DNA of 64,000 bases, taken from contig CAWDVE010000024.1 in NCBI GenBank assembly GCA_963805625.1, forward strand, positions 115,093 through 179,092, in the 5' to 3' direction. A program made the position numbers and the translations under genes. The notes under the pieces are model-generated. The model was given only the letters and a program-made list of their open reading frames with translations, did no database searches and had not been told where the DNA came from. The stretch comes from an uncultured Candidatus Rokubacteria bacterium (lineage in GTDB: Bacteria > Methylomirabilota > Methylomirabilia > Rokubacteriales > DASRDR01). Of the stretch, positions 43,957-54,529 are shown in pieces; within the stretch, counting starts at the first letter, position 1; every line of letters begins with the position of its first letter.

Positions 43957-44115
43957 ATGCCGATGCCCGGCGGCTGGACGATGTCGATGACGTGGATGCG
44001 GATGCCCGGACAGACCTGGGCCGGCGCCGCGACGACGTTCCTCGGCATATGGGTCGTGATGATGGTGGCGATGATGATGCCATCCCTGGTCCGTGCCGCT
44101 CCGCCAGACCTGTGA
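43957..44115 (+). pseudogene. DUF2182-like membrane protein fragment
   Basis: MPMPGGWTMSMTWMRMPGQTW..WVVMMVAMMMPS. Confidence 0.6.
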
Positions 44116-44299
44116 GGAGTGTCCCTCGCACCGGGACCCGGCTCCGCCTCGCCTCGCCGCCCGCTCCTTGACTGGGCGCCCCACGCCGGCGCAGGATCGC
44201 GGGGGTGAGCCGGCGCTCGGGGTCGCCCCCGGGGGCTGGGGCCGGCCGACGGGGAGGCAGGAGGAGGCTGGACCTCAGCTCCGCCCGCAGAGGTGGCGC

Positions 44300-44490
44300 T
44301 AATCGTTCCTGCGCACAACACCGCGGCCACGAGCCGAGCCATGGCCGCCACGGACGCCAGCAGTCCGCGACCCAGATGCAGAGCGTCGGCCATGAAGGGG
44401 AAGAGCACGCCGAAGGCGACGGTCAGGACACCGTACGAGAGAAGATGCGAGACGAAGGCGCCGCCGACAACGACCCACCCGTAGAACACC
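44300..44490 (-). pseudogene. MFS transporter N-terminal fragment
   Basis: FYGWVVVG..AFGVLFPFMADALHLGR. Confidence 0.55.
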
Positions 44491-44605
44491 GCGCGATCGT
44501 AGCATCGGACACGAACTTCCTCGCGACGACGCCGTAATCGGCCGATGATACAATGGGTGATGAACCGCACCACCTGACCCCGCACCACACAACGTAGAGG
44601 GGAAA

Positions 44606-45415
44606 ATCAACGCGAACTGGCCTCGGCGCCGCCTCGTCCAACTGACCGGCCTTGTTGCCCTCGGGGTCGCCCTGGCGTCGCCCGTATGGGCCGAGTCGTC
44701 GCTGGATGCCATCCGGGCTCGAGGCGTGCTCCGCGTCGGCGTCAAGTCCGACGCGCCCCCGTTCGGCTCGCTCGACGCGCGCGGGAGACCGGTTGGCTTC
44801 GAGATCGACCTGGCCCGATTCTTCGCGCGGGTCGTTTTCGACGACGACAAACGCGTCGAGTTCGTGCCCGTCACCACGGCGACGCGGTTCGGGACGTTAC
44901 AGGCGGGACGGGTCGACCTGGTCGCCGCCACGATCACGGCGACGGACGAGCGTCGCACGCTGGCGGAGCTGTCGGACTCGTACTTCATGTCTGCGTCGCT
45001 GGTGCTCGTGGCGCGCGCGAGCAAGGTAGACGAGCTCGCCGATCTGGGCGGCCGGCGCGTCGCGGCGGTCCGCGGCTCGGTGCAGGAGCGGGACGTGGCC
45101 GAGCTCCAGCCGCGAGCGCTTCCGGTCGCCGTCGCGTCCGTCGCGGAGGGCGCGCAGGCCGTCAAGGGCGGTCAGGCGGATGCCTTCGTGTACGACGACG
45201 TTGTGCTATTGAAACTGGCTCAGGCCGATCCCGCGCTTCGCGTGACCGGCCGGCCGATCCGGCCGCGGCCGTTCGCGATCGCCGCTCGCAAGGGGGACGC
45301 CGAGCTGATCCGGTGGGTGAACGGCTGGCTGGCCAAGATGCGCCGGGATGGCAGCTATGGCGAGCTGTGGCACCGGTACTTCGCGCCGTTCGAATCGCGC
45401 CTTGTCGGAGGCTGA
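44606..45415 (+). CDS. amino-acid ABC-type substrate-binding protein (family 3)
   Basis: LRVGV..PPF, GFEIDLA, ITATDER; the in-frame signal peptide begins at ATC 44606. Confidence 0.88.
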   Translation: MNANWPRRRLVQLTGLVALGVALASPVWAESSLDAIRARGVLRVGVKSDAPPFGSLDARGRPVGFEIDLARFFARVVFDDDKRVEFVPVTTATRFGTLQAGRVDLVAATITATDERRTLAELSDSYFMSASLVLVARASKVDELADLGGRRVAAVRGSVQERDVAELQPRALPVAVASVAEGAQAVKGGQADAFVYDDVVLLKLAQADPALRVTGRPIRPRPFAIAARKGDAELIRWVNGWLAKMRRDGSYGELWHRYFAPFESRLVGG

Positions 45416-48310
45416 GTGAAAAATCTCTCGCTGCGCACCAAGCTTCTCGGCGCGTTCATGAGCGTAGGCCTGCTCGCCCTGCTCGCGACGGGATGGCAGG
45501 CGTACCAGCGGGCGGAGACGGCCCTCCGAGAGGTCTCGATCAACCGCCTGACGTCTATCCGCGAGGAGCGGAGGCGGCAGATCGAAACCTACTTCCGGAA
45601 CGTGCGGCGAGAGGCGCTGGCTCTCGCGGAGTCTCGCGATACCACGACCGCGATGCTGCAGTTCAGCGCGGCGTACCGGGCGCTCGAGCTGGAAGCGGCG
45701 CGCTGGTCTGAAGACACGCGGGCGCGATACCGGACGCCGGTCGATCGGTACTACCAGTCGGCTTTCGTACCGCGCCTGCCAGCCCTCGAAACAGAGTCGG
45801 GGGTGAGCACGAAGAGACGATACGTTCCGGCTGATGATGCGGCGCTCCTGCTTCAGACCCTCTTCATCGCGGAGAACCCGAACCCCGAGGCGTGGCGCGA
45901 TCGCCTCGACCGTCCGGCAGGCGGCGGGCAGTACGGGGAGGTTCACGCCCGATTCAACCCGTTCCTCCGCTCGACGATTCGCCGGTTCGGGTATGAAGAC
46001 CTCTTTCTCATCGATCACGAGAGCGGCCGTGTGGTCTACACCGTAGCCAAGAAGGTCGATTTCGGCACGAGCCTCATGTCCGGGCCGTATCGGAACACGA
46101 GGCTCAGCCGCGCCTTCCGGACGGCCCGCACCGCCATCGATGCCGATTTCGTCCAGCTCGTGGATTTCGAGTCGTATCCGCCGTCGCTCGGCGCGCCCGC
46201 GGCGTTCGTGGCGGCGCCCATCTTCAAGGATGGTCGGCGGCTGGGCGTGCTTGCTCTCCAGGTCCCGCTCGACCGGATCGATGCCGTCATGACCGGGGAC
46301 CGGCAGTGGGAGGCGCAGGGCCTGGGCCGGACGGGCGAGACGTATCTCATCGGCTCGGATCATCGGATGCGGAGCGACTCGCGGTTCTTCCTGGAGGCGC
46401 CGCAGCGGTACCTCGATATGGCCTCCGAGAGAGGCCTGCCGGAGGAACCCCGTCGGCTGATGCAGGTTCACCGGAGCACCGTTCTCTTCCAGCAGATCGC
46501 GACTGCCGCAGCCACGGCGGCATTGAAGGGCCAGGCAGGGACGTCCACCCAGCTCGACGATCGAGGGGAGCAGGTCCTGGCTTCGTACGCCGCGTTGGCC
46601 ATTCCGAATCTGGACTGGGCGATCATCGCCAAGCTCGACACCGTGGAGGCATTCGCGCCCGTCACCGCCCTCCGGCGGGCCCTGCTCGGAACCGGGGCGG
46701 GCATCGCCGTCCTCGTAACGGTGATTGCCCTGGTGCTGGCGCGGTCGCTCACCGCGCCCATTCACCGCCTCATCGCGGGGATGGGCATCCTTGGCCGGGG
46801 CGACCTGTCACACCGTTTGAGGGAGGACAGGCGCGACGAGATCGGGCAGATCACGACCGCCCTGAACCGGATGGCCGGAGACCTCCAGGAAACGACCGTC
46901 TCCCGCGACCACGTCACCAGCATCCTCGACTCGATGAGCGACGCGGTGATCGTCGTCCGGCCACCGGACACGGGCGCCGACTGGCGGGAAGCCGTCATCA
47001 CCACGGTCAACCCGGCGGCGTGCGCCATGCTGGGCCGCAAGCAGGACGAGATCCTCGGCCAGCCGATGGGGAGCCTGATTCCGGACATCACCCCAGGGCA
47101 GAGCGGACCGGTCGGTGCAAACGATGTCTGGCTCGAGGAGGTGCTACGGCTAGGACGCATCGGAGGCCGCGAAGTCGTGTACAAGATCCGGGACGGGCGC
47201 GAGATCCCGGTTCTGTTCTCGAGCGCCGTCATGCAGCAGGGTACGAGTGCGGTACAGGGCGTCGTCTTCGCGGCGCACGACTTGACCGAGATCAAGGCGT
47301 CGGAGGCGCGCGGCGCGTTCGTACGGGAGACGTTCGGGCGCTACGTCTCGGACGATGTCGTAGCAAGCCTGCTGAGCTCCCCGGACGCGCTCAAGCTGGG
47401 TGGTGAGCTGCGCAAGGTCACGGTGATGATGTCCGACCTGCGCGGGTTCACGGCGCTGGCCGAGCGCTTGACTCCTGAAGAAGCCATCCGCTTCCTGAAC
47501 GGATATCTGCAGACGATGGTCGACCTCATTCTCCACTACGGCGGGACGATCAACGAGATCATGGGCGACGGGATCCTCGTCATCTTCGGGGCGCCCAAGG
47601 CCGCGGCGGACGACACCGAGCGTGCCGTGGCCTGCGCGGTGGCCATGCAGCTCGCCATGGACGAGGTGAACGCGCGCGGCCGGGAGCGGGGGCTGCCGGA
47701 GGTCGAGATGGGTATCGGCATCCACACCGGCGAGGTGATCGTCGGCAACATCGGCTCGGACCGGCGGATGAAGTACGCCGCCGTCGGAACCCACGTGAAC
47801 CTGACGGGCCGGATCGAGTCGTACACGACGGGCGGACAGATCCTCATCTCGGAGAGTACTCTGCAAGAGGTCGCGTCGATCGTCACGGTGGGGCGTTCGC
47901 TCAGCATCGAGCCGAAGGGAGCGAGGCGTGAGATGACCGTGTGGGAAGTGGTCGGCATCGGCGGATCGCATGGCCTCACCCTGCGCGCGTCGGAGCCGGA
48001 ATTGATCGGCCTCGTCAGGGAGATTCCGATTCGTTACGCGGTATTGGAGGAAAAGCACGTGGGCCAGAGCGTCATCGACGCGAGCTTCGTGCGCCTCTCC
48101 GTCAAGGGCGCCGAGGTGCGGTCGTCCACGCCGGTGCCGCCGCTGAGAAACTTGAAAATCTGGATTCCCGAGATCGAGGCCGGATCATCGCCCGTCGAGC
48201 TCTACGCCAAGGTGGTCGAGGGCACTCCGGTCGGCGCGACTGGCTTTACCGTCCGCTTCACCTCAATGGCCCCCGAAGTCGCAGACCATCTCCGGCGGCT
48301 GGTCCGGTGA
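45416..48310 (+). CDS. membrane adenylate/guanylate cyclase (Cache-like, HAMP, PAS, class III cyclase)
   Basis: LGRTGETYLIG, RRDEIG, TFGRY, SDLRGFT, GDG, GIGIHTG..GNIGS. Confidence 0.9.
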   Translation: MKNLSLRTKLLGAFMSVGLLALLATGWQAYQRAETALREVSINRLTSIREERRRQIETYFRNVRREALALAESRDTTTAMLQFSAAYRALELEAARWSEDTRARYRTPVDRYYQSAFVPRLPALETESGVSTKRRYVPADDAALLLQTLFIAENPNPEAWRDRLDRPAGGGQYGEVHARFNPFLRSTIRRFGYEDLFLIDHESGRVVYTVAKKVDFGTSLMSGPYRNTRLSRAFRTARTAIDADFVQLVDFESYPPSLGAPAAFVAAPIFKDGRRLGVLALQVPLDRIDAVMTGDRQWEAQGLGRTGETYLIGSDHRMRSDSRFFLEAPQRYLDMASERGLPEEPRRLMQVHRSTVLFQQIATAAATAALKGQAGTSTQLDDRGEQVLASYAALAIPNLDWAIIAKLDTVEAFAPVTALRRALLGTGAGIAVLVTVIALVLARSLTAPIHRLIAGMGILGRGDLSHRLREDRRDEIGQITTALNRMAGDLQETTVSRDHVTSILDSMSDAVIVVRPPDTGADWREAVITTVNPAACAMLGRKQDEILGQPMGSLIPDITPGQSGPVGANDVWLEEVLRLGRIGGREVVYKIRDGREIPVLFSSAVMQQGTSAVQGVVFAAHDLTEIKASEARGAFVRETFGRYVSDDVVASLLSSPDALKLGGELRKVTVMMSDLRGFTALAERLTPEEAIRFLNGYLQTMVDLILHYGGTINEIMGDGILVIFGAPKAAADDTERAVACAVAMQLAMDEVNARGRERGLPEVEMGIGIHTGEVIVGNIGSDRRMKYAAVGTHVNLTGRIESYTTGGQILISESTLQEVASIVTVGRSLSIEPKGARREMTVWEVVGIGGSHGLTLRASEPELIGLVREIPIRYAVLEEKHVGQSVIDASFVRLSVKGAEVRSSTPVPPLRNLKIWIPEIEAGSSPVELYAKVVEGTPVGATGFTVRFTSMAPEVADHLRRLVR

Positions 48311-49281
48311 TCTCGCGTCGATCGTTCATCGCTGGCGCCCTCGGCGTTGCGTCGTCACCCCTCGTCGCTGAAGCACAGGGGGCGGGAGACGTAAAGACGA
48401 TCGGGTTTCTATCAGAGCGCACTCTCGCGCCGCCGTACCTTGAGGCATTGCGCCGCGGCCTGAGCGAGCGGGGCTGGGTTGAGGGACAGAGCTTCCGCAT
48501 CGAGCAACGCTCGGCCGAAGGGAATCTGGAGCGGCTGCCCGGTCTCGTCGCCGAGCTCATCAGCCTCGGTGTGTCCCTCATCGTGACCGGAATCGGGACG
48601 CCGGCGGCGCTTGCCGCGAAGAGGTCGACCGCGAACATTCCCATCGTATTCGTGACCGGCGGAGACCCCGTGGCCTTCCGCATCGTCTCGAACCCGACGA
48701 AACCCGGCGGAAACATCACGGGTCTCGGCGGAGGAATCGGCGTGATTCAAAAGCGGATCGAGTTGTTGCGCGAGGCGAGCCCGCGCGTCAAACGGGTCGG
48801 CTTTCTCATGAATTTGACGAACCCGATCCATCCCCAGATCTTCAGCGCCACGGAGAAGGCGGCCGAGCCGTTCGGCCTCACCCTGCATGAGATCGGCGTG
48901 TTCGAGGCCAGGGAGCTCGATGACGCATTCAAGAGGATGCAGAGCCAGCGAATAGACGCCCTCTTCGTGCCCGGGGATGCCATGTTCAGCTCTAACCGGG
49001 CGCAGCTCGTGGGTACGGCCCTCAAGGCTCGGGTACCCACTATCTACGGCGACCGGCTGTTCCCCGATGCCGGTGGCCTGATGTCATTTTCAGTCGATCT
49101 GGTGGATCTGTGCCGACGAGCAGCCGGGCCTGTCGATAAGATCCTGAAGGGAGCTCGAGCGGGAGATTTGCCCGTGGAGGAGGCCATCAAGTTCGAGGTG
49201 GTCATCAGCCTCAAAGCGGCCACGGCCATCGGCCTGACGATTCCACCGTCGCTGCTTCAGCGGGCGGAGGTCCTCCGATGA
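48307..49281 (+). CDS. ABC transporter substrate-binding protein (ABC_sub_bind-like)
   Basis: SRRSFI signal, IPIVF..DPV, PGGNITG, KILKGA..DLPVE, IPPSLLQRA. Confidence 0.85.
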   Translation: MISRRSFIAGALGVASSPLVAEAQGAGDVKTIGFLSERTLAPPYLEALRRGLSERGWVEGQSFRIEQRSAEGNLERLPGLVAELISLGVSLIVTGIGTPAALAAKRSTANIPIVFVTGGDPVAFRIVSNPTKPGGNITGLGGGIGVIQKRIELLREASPRVKRVGFLMNLTNPIHPQIFSATEKAAEPFGLTLHEIGVFEARELDDAFKRMQSQRIDALFVPGDAMFSSNRAQLVGTALKARVPTIYGDRLFPDAGGLMSFSVDLVDLCRRAAGPVDKILKGARAGDLPVEEAIKFEVVISLKAATAIGLTIPPSLLQRAEVLR

Positions 49282-50052
49282 CCGCGCGCGGCGCTGACAA
49301 GCTGGAGAAGGGCGGCGGCCGCGGTTGAACACTCGGCGCCGGCGTCACCGCGCGCGCAAATGCGACGCTGCGCCGGGGCAGCCCGACTAGGGAGGGGCCC
49401 ACGGGCCGGGAGGACGGAGGCCAGAACGTGCTTTGCGGTTCCTAGGCTCCACCCTCGTCGCATCTGCGGCCGGGGGCACTACCGGGCGAACGTTCGGCGC
49501 GCCACGTGTACACCAAATCCGAATAAGTTTCTGCTCTTTGTGTACTACAACAAGGCGGACGCCGTGCTTGGCGATACCTGCTGGCTGATCTGCGCCTCGG
49601 ATTTTTGCACGTTGCTCAGCAAGCAGAGGGCATCGCGCCCGGTTTATGTCTTCGACAGTACCTTTTCGGGCAAACGAGATATGTGGACGAGCTTCCGGCG
49701 TCCATTGACTGAAGTCGGCGTTGCGCTTCTTAAGGCTCTCAACTGAACAGCGGCGACCGTACGAGCATCATGTGGCTGCTCGTCCTGCACAGGGTCGGGC
49801 CCAGTCTATGCCCTCGGGTTATCGCTTCGCACGCTTGGCGATTCCTCAACGAACAGACGATACTGCTCCGGCACCCACTTGTCCCGCGCCGCCCGCTTGA
49901 CTGCGGAGCCCGCGCCGAAGTAAAGTCCCGCAAGGTTCGAGTGTACCGCACGCGGTTCCTTGGACACTGGTGAGACCTGAGAATGTCCCGTTTCGGGGAA
50001 TACCAGATAGCGGCCCCCCTCCTCAGAATCGATCCTGGAGCCTCTACGGCCC

Positions 50053-50150
50053 TCAATCTTCGGCCCGAGCCCCACATTCTGGCAGGGGAGATCGCAGAGG
50101 ACCTGCGGTCGGCACTTGAACAGATCGAGAGCATCCTGGGAGACTTGCCA
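50053..50150 (+). pseudogene. type I restriction-modification M subunit C-terminal remnant
   Basis: NLRPEPHILAGEIAEDLRSALEQIESI resembles HsdM C-terminal tails. Confidence 0.5.
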
Positions 50151-51202
50151 GCCCGGGCGAGAGGCCTAGGAAATCCACTGGGTCCAGGGCTACCGCCTGG
50201 CGGGCCGCCTTCCTCCGACCGCCGCCCCGGCTGACGTCAGCGCGGAGCACGCCAGAAGTCGGCCGCGTCGAACTCAAGGGCCACCGGGTCACCTTCCGAA
50301 CCATCCCGGCCCGGCTGCACGCGTGGCTCCGCCGAATTGACCGGTGGATCGCCTACGCCAACTCGGTGGTGGAGGAGTGACGTGCAATGGTTGAATGGCG
50401 CATGGGATGAAAGAAGATCATCAAGAAGATGGTCTCGATCGCGCTGGCGGGCGTCATAGCTGTCTACACGCTTCTCAGTTTCATTGACCAAATTCACCAA
50501 TCCGTGGATTTCGTTCTCACGCTCGTCGGCGTCATTCCTGCCCATCCGAATCCTATCCTCCTTCCCCGTATTCGCGACGCCGAGACTACTTCTCTCGACG
50601 CCACTATCCCAGCGGAACTCGCGGCCTTTTCTGGCAAGTGGTATGAGAGTGAAGCATGGTTTGCGGGACGCTTCCGCCTGCGCTGCGCAGATGCAGCGGT
50701 ACGTCGAAAGGCACGCCGCCACACTCCTGGCGATCTATGACGGGGGGAACAACAAGGGCGAGCTCCGAGGCCTGGATCGACTGCGGAGCGCCTCGACCCA
50801 GCCGTGCGGGTGGTCGTCGTGTCGGGACCCGAGATCGGTGCCAAGTAGCCGATGTGGCTCCGCGTGGATGATCGGCCTGCCAATTGTGCAGTGCTCTTCG
50901 CAGACCGTGCTGCCAAACTGAGCCTCGCTTCCGAAGGTCTTTCTCGGACTACGATACTGCATCTCCCATCAAAACCGGTTGCTTGGCCTTCCCGCTGCCT
51001 GTGGCACGAACTGTGCTAGCCCTCTCACCGGAGTACCTTATGCGTCTTCGCCCGCGCGGGATTGACGTGGTGGCAGCAGGGACAGGGGATCGTGGAGCTG
51101 TCGGTCATGCCGGGTGCCGCGTGCGCTCGTCGGAGAGCCTAGCCATCGGCGTCCTCGAGGGCAAGCGGGTCGCGGTCGCGTGCCGGCGCGCTCGCGCGCG
51201 GG

Positions 51203-52794
51203 TCAGCGCCGCTGCCAGCCGCGGAGCTCGGGCGGCTCGACCGACGTCGAGGGCGCCGCGCGATTCTCGACGACTCCGGAGGGCGCCTGGCGCAGGTCGT
51301 AGAGATACACGGAGGCTCCGGTCCGCTGGAACCGGTCCTGGCGTGTGCCTATCGCGTCGAGGTGGTACAGGATGAACCGCTCCTCGTCGATGCCCCCCCG
51401 CGCGTAGACGTGGGAGAAGATCACCCAGACCCGCGGCCGACCCCGGAGCTGCTGGAGGTCCTCGGCGTAGCGCGCCCACGCCGTGCGAGCGGCCACGCCG
51501 GTCACGACGTCCCGACCCCGCACGCCGAGGCGCGGCGCATAGTACCGCAAGGCGAACTGGGCCCCGTAGTACACGTAGACGATATCGCCCTCCTGCCGGT
51601 GCTCCTGGAGGTAGCGGACCACGGGGACCAGCTCCTCCCGCTCGGGCGGCGCCACGAGCTGGTTGCCCGCCAGCACGAGCGGGTGGAAGAGGAGCAGGGC
51701 CACGAGGAAGGGGCCTGCCAGGGGCATGCTCGCGGCCGTGGCGCGGCGGATCCCGTCGGCCCCAACCGCCACCAGCAGCGCGAGGCCCGGGATCAGGAAT
51801 GCGATCGGACGGCCGTAGATGGGATAGGCGCGCAACGCCGATGCCGTCACGGCGACCGGGAAGGGCGCGAGCAGGAGCAGGGCCGGGAGCCGTCTTTCAC
51901 GAAGCAAGACCCCCGCGCCCACCAGCCAGATAAACGCCGCGAGGGCCGGCAGCCCCAGGCCGGCATCGTCGAACCATTCGACGAACGTCCTGAGGAACCA
52001 GAGGATGTCCGCGAGCGAGCGCTGCGGCAGGGGGACGAAGCCGCCCCGATACTCTTCCTGGATGAGCTGGTTCCGCGCGAGGTAGTGACGGAGGACGAGG
52101 AGGTAGACCGCCGTGAGGCTCGCGCCCACCGCCAACCCGACGGTGACCACCCCGCGGAAGACCGCCGACGACCGGCGACGCCAGGACTCGATGAGGCCCG
52201 CTAGCCCGATGCCGGCCAGCACGAGCGGCGCCGGCGTCGAGACCCAGACCGCTGCGGCTCCCGCCAGCGCCAGGCTGGCGACGGCGCCCGGGGCAAACTC
52301 TCGCCGGAACATCTCGAGCGCGAGCAGGGTGAGGGCCAGGCTGATCGCAACGTCGCTGGCATAGGGCTTGGCGTCGCTCGACAGGGGGATCAGGTTCGGC
52401 GAGAACGCCAGGAAGATGACGGCCAGCGGCACCGCCGTCGGCGGGAGACACCGCCGCGCGAGCGCGTACCGAGCACCGGCGTGACGAGCCCGGCCGCAAG
52501 CGACACCAGTCGCAGGCTCCACTCCCCATAGTCGAACGGCGCCGCCAGGCTCTTCAGGAGCAGAAGGTAGCCGACGGGCACGACCTGGGCGTAGTCGAGC
52601 GGCCGGAAGAGCTCCAGCGGGGACCGCTCGATGAGGGAGAGCGCCAGGAACGCCTCGTCGAGCCAGAGCGACCGGCCGTGCACGAACGCCCGAAGGCGGA
52701 CGATGGCGCCGACGCCGATCACCACCCAGAGCCATGCGGCGGTATGCGTCCGCAGGTGGCGGCGAATCTGGCCCGCGAGCCCGTTCGCGGTCAC
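51203..52794 (-). CDS. GT39/ArnT-like membrane glycosyltransferase, frameshifted near 52470
   Basis: RSLWLDE, EWSLRL in one frame; KPYASD and further TM segments in the next. Confidence 0.75.
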
Positions 52795-53148
52795 TGATGC
52801 AGGGCCTCCTTCCTGCCGGCGCATAGGGCGCATAGAAGGAACGATTAACGCCACCTCCGCGAAGCGGCCGGCCAGGTCCGGCCTCCCCCCGAAGCCTGCC
52901 CTGACCGCCGTGGCGGCCCGCCTCGATGGGCGAGGGCGAGCGGCGACCTCGCGAGCGCCGGCTGACCCCGCGTCATCCTGCGCCGGCGCGGGGAGGCCCC
53001 AAAGGGGGACCCAGTGGGTTCACCTGTTGGAGCCGGGCATCCGCAATCTCGGGCCCTCCGCGCCTGGATGCCGAAGGTTGCAGGCACGGACGAAGGTCGG
53101 CCCGAGGCGTCCACGCTGAATCCTCGCTACGAGTCCACACGACCAGAA

Positions 53149-53201
53149 GATATCGGCCCTCGCACGGCCAAACGCCGGTTCGAATCCCGATGGAGCCACC
53201 A
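53149..53201 (+). pseudogene. degenerate tRNA 3' fragment (Glu-like), possible att remnant
   Basis: GGCC-CTCGCAC-GGCC anticodon arm, GGTTCGAATCCC T arm, TGGAGCC-A-CCA end; no matching 5' acceptor strand or D arm. Confidence 0.65.
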
Positions 53202-53206
53202 CCGCG

Positions 53207-53230
53207 AGATGGTGAGGGTTTTCGCCATCC
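53207..53230 (+). terminator. hairpin after the tRNA fragment
   Basis: GATGGTGA..TCGCCATC stem; no clear U tract. Confidence 0.35.
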
Positions 53231-53361
53231 GGACTTGAGGACATTCGGCCGTTGTCCTCACACCCGAGCGTTGTCCACGGCGCTCAAACCGGCATAGCAC
53301 TGCCGCGACCCGGCGGATCCTGGGGCGCGCTCCCGCGGCTCGTCGCCGAGACACGGAACGG

Positions 53362-54471
53362 CTAGGGCCGCGGCACGTACATATCCGGCCACTGGTCGTT
53401 GGCTGGATGATGGGTGAGGCGGACCGCTTGTTCCGCGGGCGTGCCGATCTCCCACACGAAGATCTCGTAGTCGGCCCGATCGTGCTCGTGCCCCTCGGCC
53501 GCCGCTCCCCAGACGAGCCACCGTCCGTCGTTCGAGACCCGCGGGAAGTACTCGTGGCTGTAACGGCCTGGGAGGTCGATCACCACGCCGGCGGCACTGG
53601 GGGCGGCACCCGGTGGCAGGCCGGAGATCCGAGTGCCCCCGTGTCCCCGGGGGTCCATCCACAGCAGTCCTCCGGCCGGGCTCCACGTCAACTGACAGGC
53701 CTGCCCCTCCGTGATCCGAGTGACGGCCCGCGTCGCAAGATCGACCACGGCGACGCCGCCGAAGGACCGGCTGCGCGCGGTGAGCGCGAGCCGCCGCCCA
53801 TCGGGGGACAGCTCGGGCGTCTCGAGCCCGCCCATCAGGCCCTCGGTCGTCGCCGCGTCGAGGATCACCGTCTCGAGACCGGTCGCCAGGTCGAACCGGA
53901 CCACCTGGCTGCCGCGGGCGAACGTGACCGCCTCGCCGCCGGCCGTCCATTGGGGCCAGTACCCGTTCCGTGCGAGGAGCCGCTCGCCGCTCCCGTCCGT
54001 CCCGATCACGTAGACGTCCCACCCCGTCGGGTCGCGGGGCGACACGTACTCCCGTTGGCTCCGGTTGAAGACGAGGCGCTGCCCGTCCGGCGAAAAGCGC
54101 GAGAAGAAGTCGACGTGCGGGTGGCGAGTCAACCGGCGCACCGTCCGGCTCCGTAGATCGAGCAGGTACAGGTCGTGGTTGCCACTCCGGTTGGACGACC
54201 ACACGATCCGCCCATCCAGGCGGCGCGCGAGCATATCCACCGCCTTGCGCTCAGGACCGGTGAGGTCGGCAAGCCGTACCCGCCGGGGGACGCGCGGCGG
54301 AAAGAACCGGGCCCAGACGCGCTCCGGCAGGGCGGCGACTGTGGCCAGGGGCTTGGGGAGCTCGCGGGCCACCCGCGGCAGCGCCGCGGTGGCGACCGCC
54401 CCGACGACCAGAACGGCGAGGCCGGCGACCATTCGCCGTACGCGTGGGTTCGCGAAGCGTGGCGCCTTCAT
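53362..54471 (-). CDS. TolB-like PD40 beta-propeller protein
   Basis: WSSNRSG, FSPDG, LSPDG, DQWPD repeats; N-terminal TM. Confidence 0.85.
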   Translation of the reverse strand: MKAPRFANPRVRRMVAGLAVLVVGAVATAALPRVARELPKPLATVAALPERVWARFFPPRVPRRVRLADLTGPERKAVDMLARRLDGRIVWSSNRSGNHDLYLLDLRSRTVRRLTRHPHVDFFSRFSPDGQRLVFNRSQREYVSPRDPTGWDVYVIGTDGSGERLLARNGYWPQWTAGGEAVTFARGSQVVRFDLATGLETVILDAATTEGLMGGLETPELSPDGRRLALTARSRSFGGVAVVDLATRAVTRITEGQACQLTWSPAGGLLWMDPRGHGGTRISGLPPGAAPSAAGVVIDLPGRYSHEYFPRVSNDGRWLVWGAAAEGHEHDRADYEIFVWEIGTPAEQAVRLTHHPANDQWPDMYVPRP

Positions 54472-54529
54472 CTCAGGGGTGCGGCCGAACGCGCCCCAGT
54501 GTGTCCGACGGGCAAGCTGCCCACGACCT

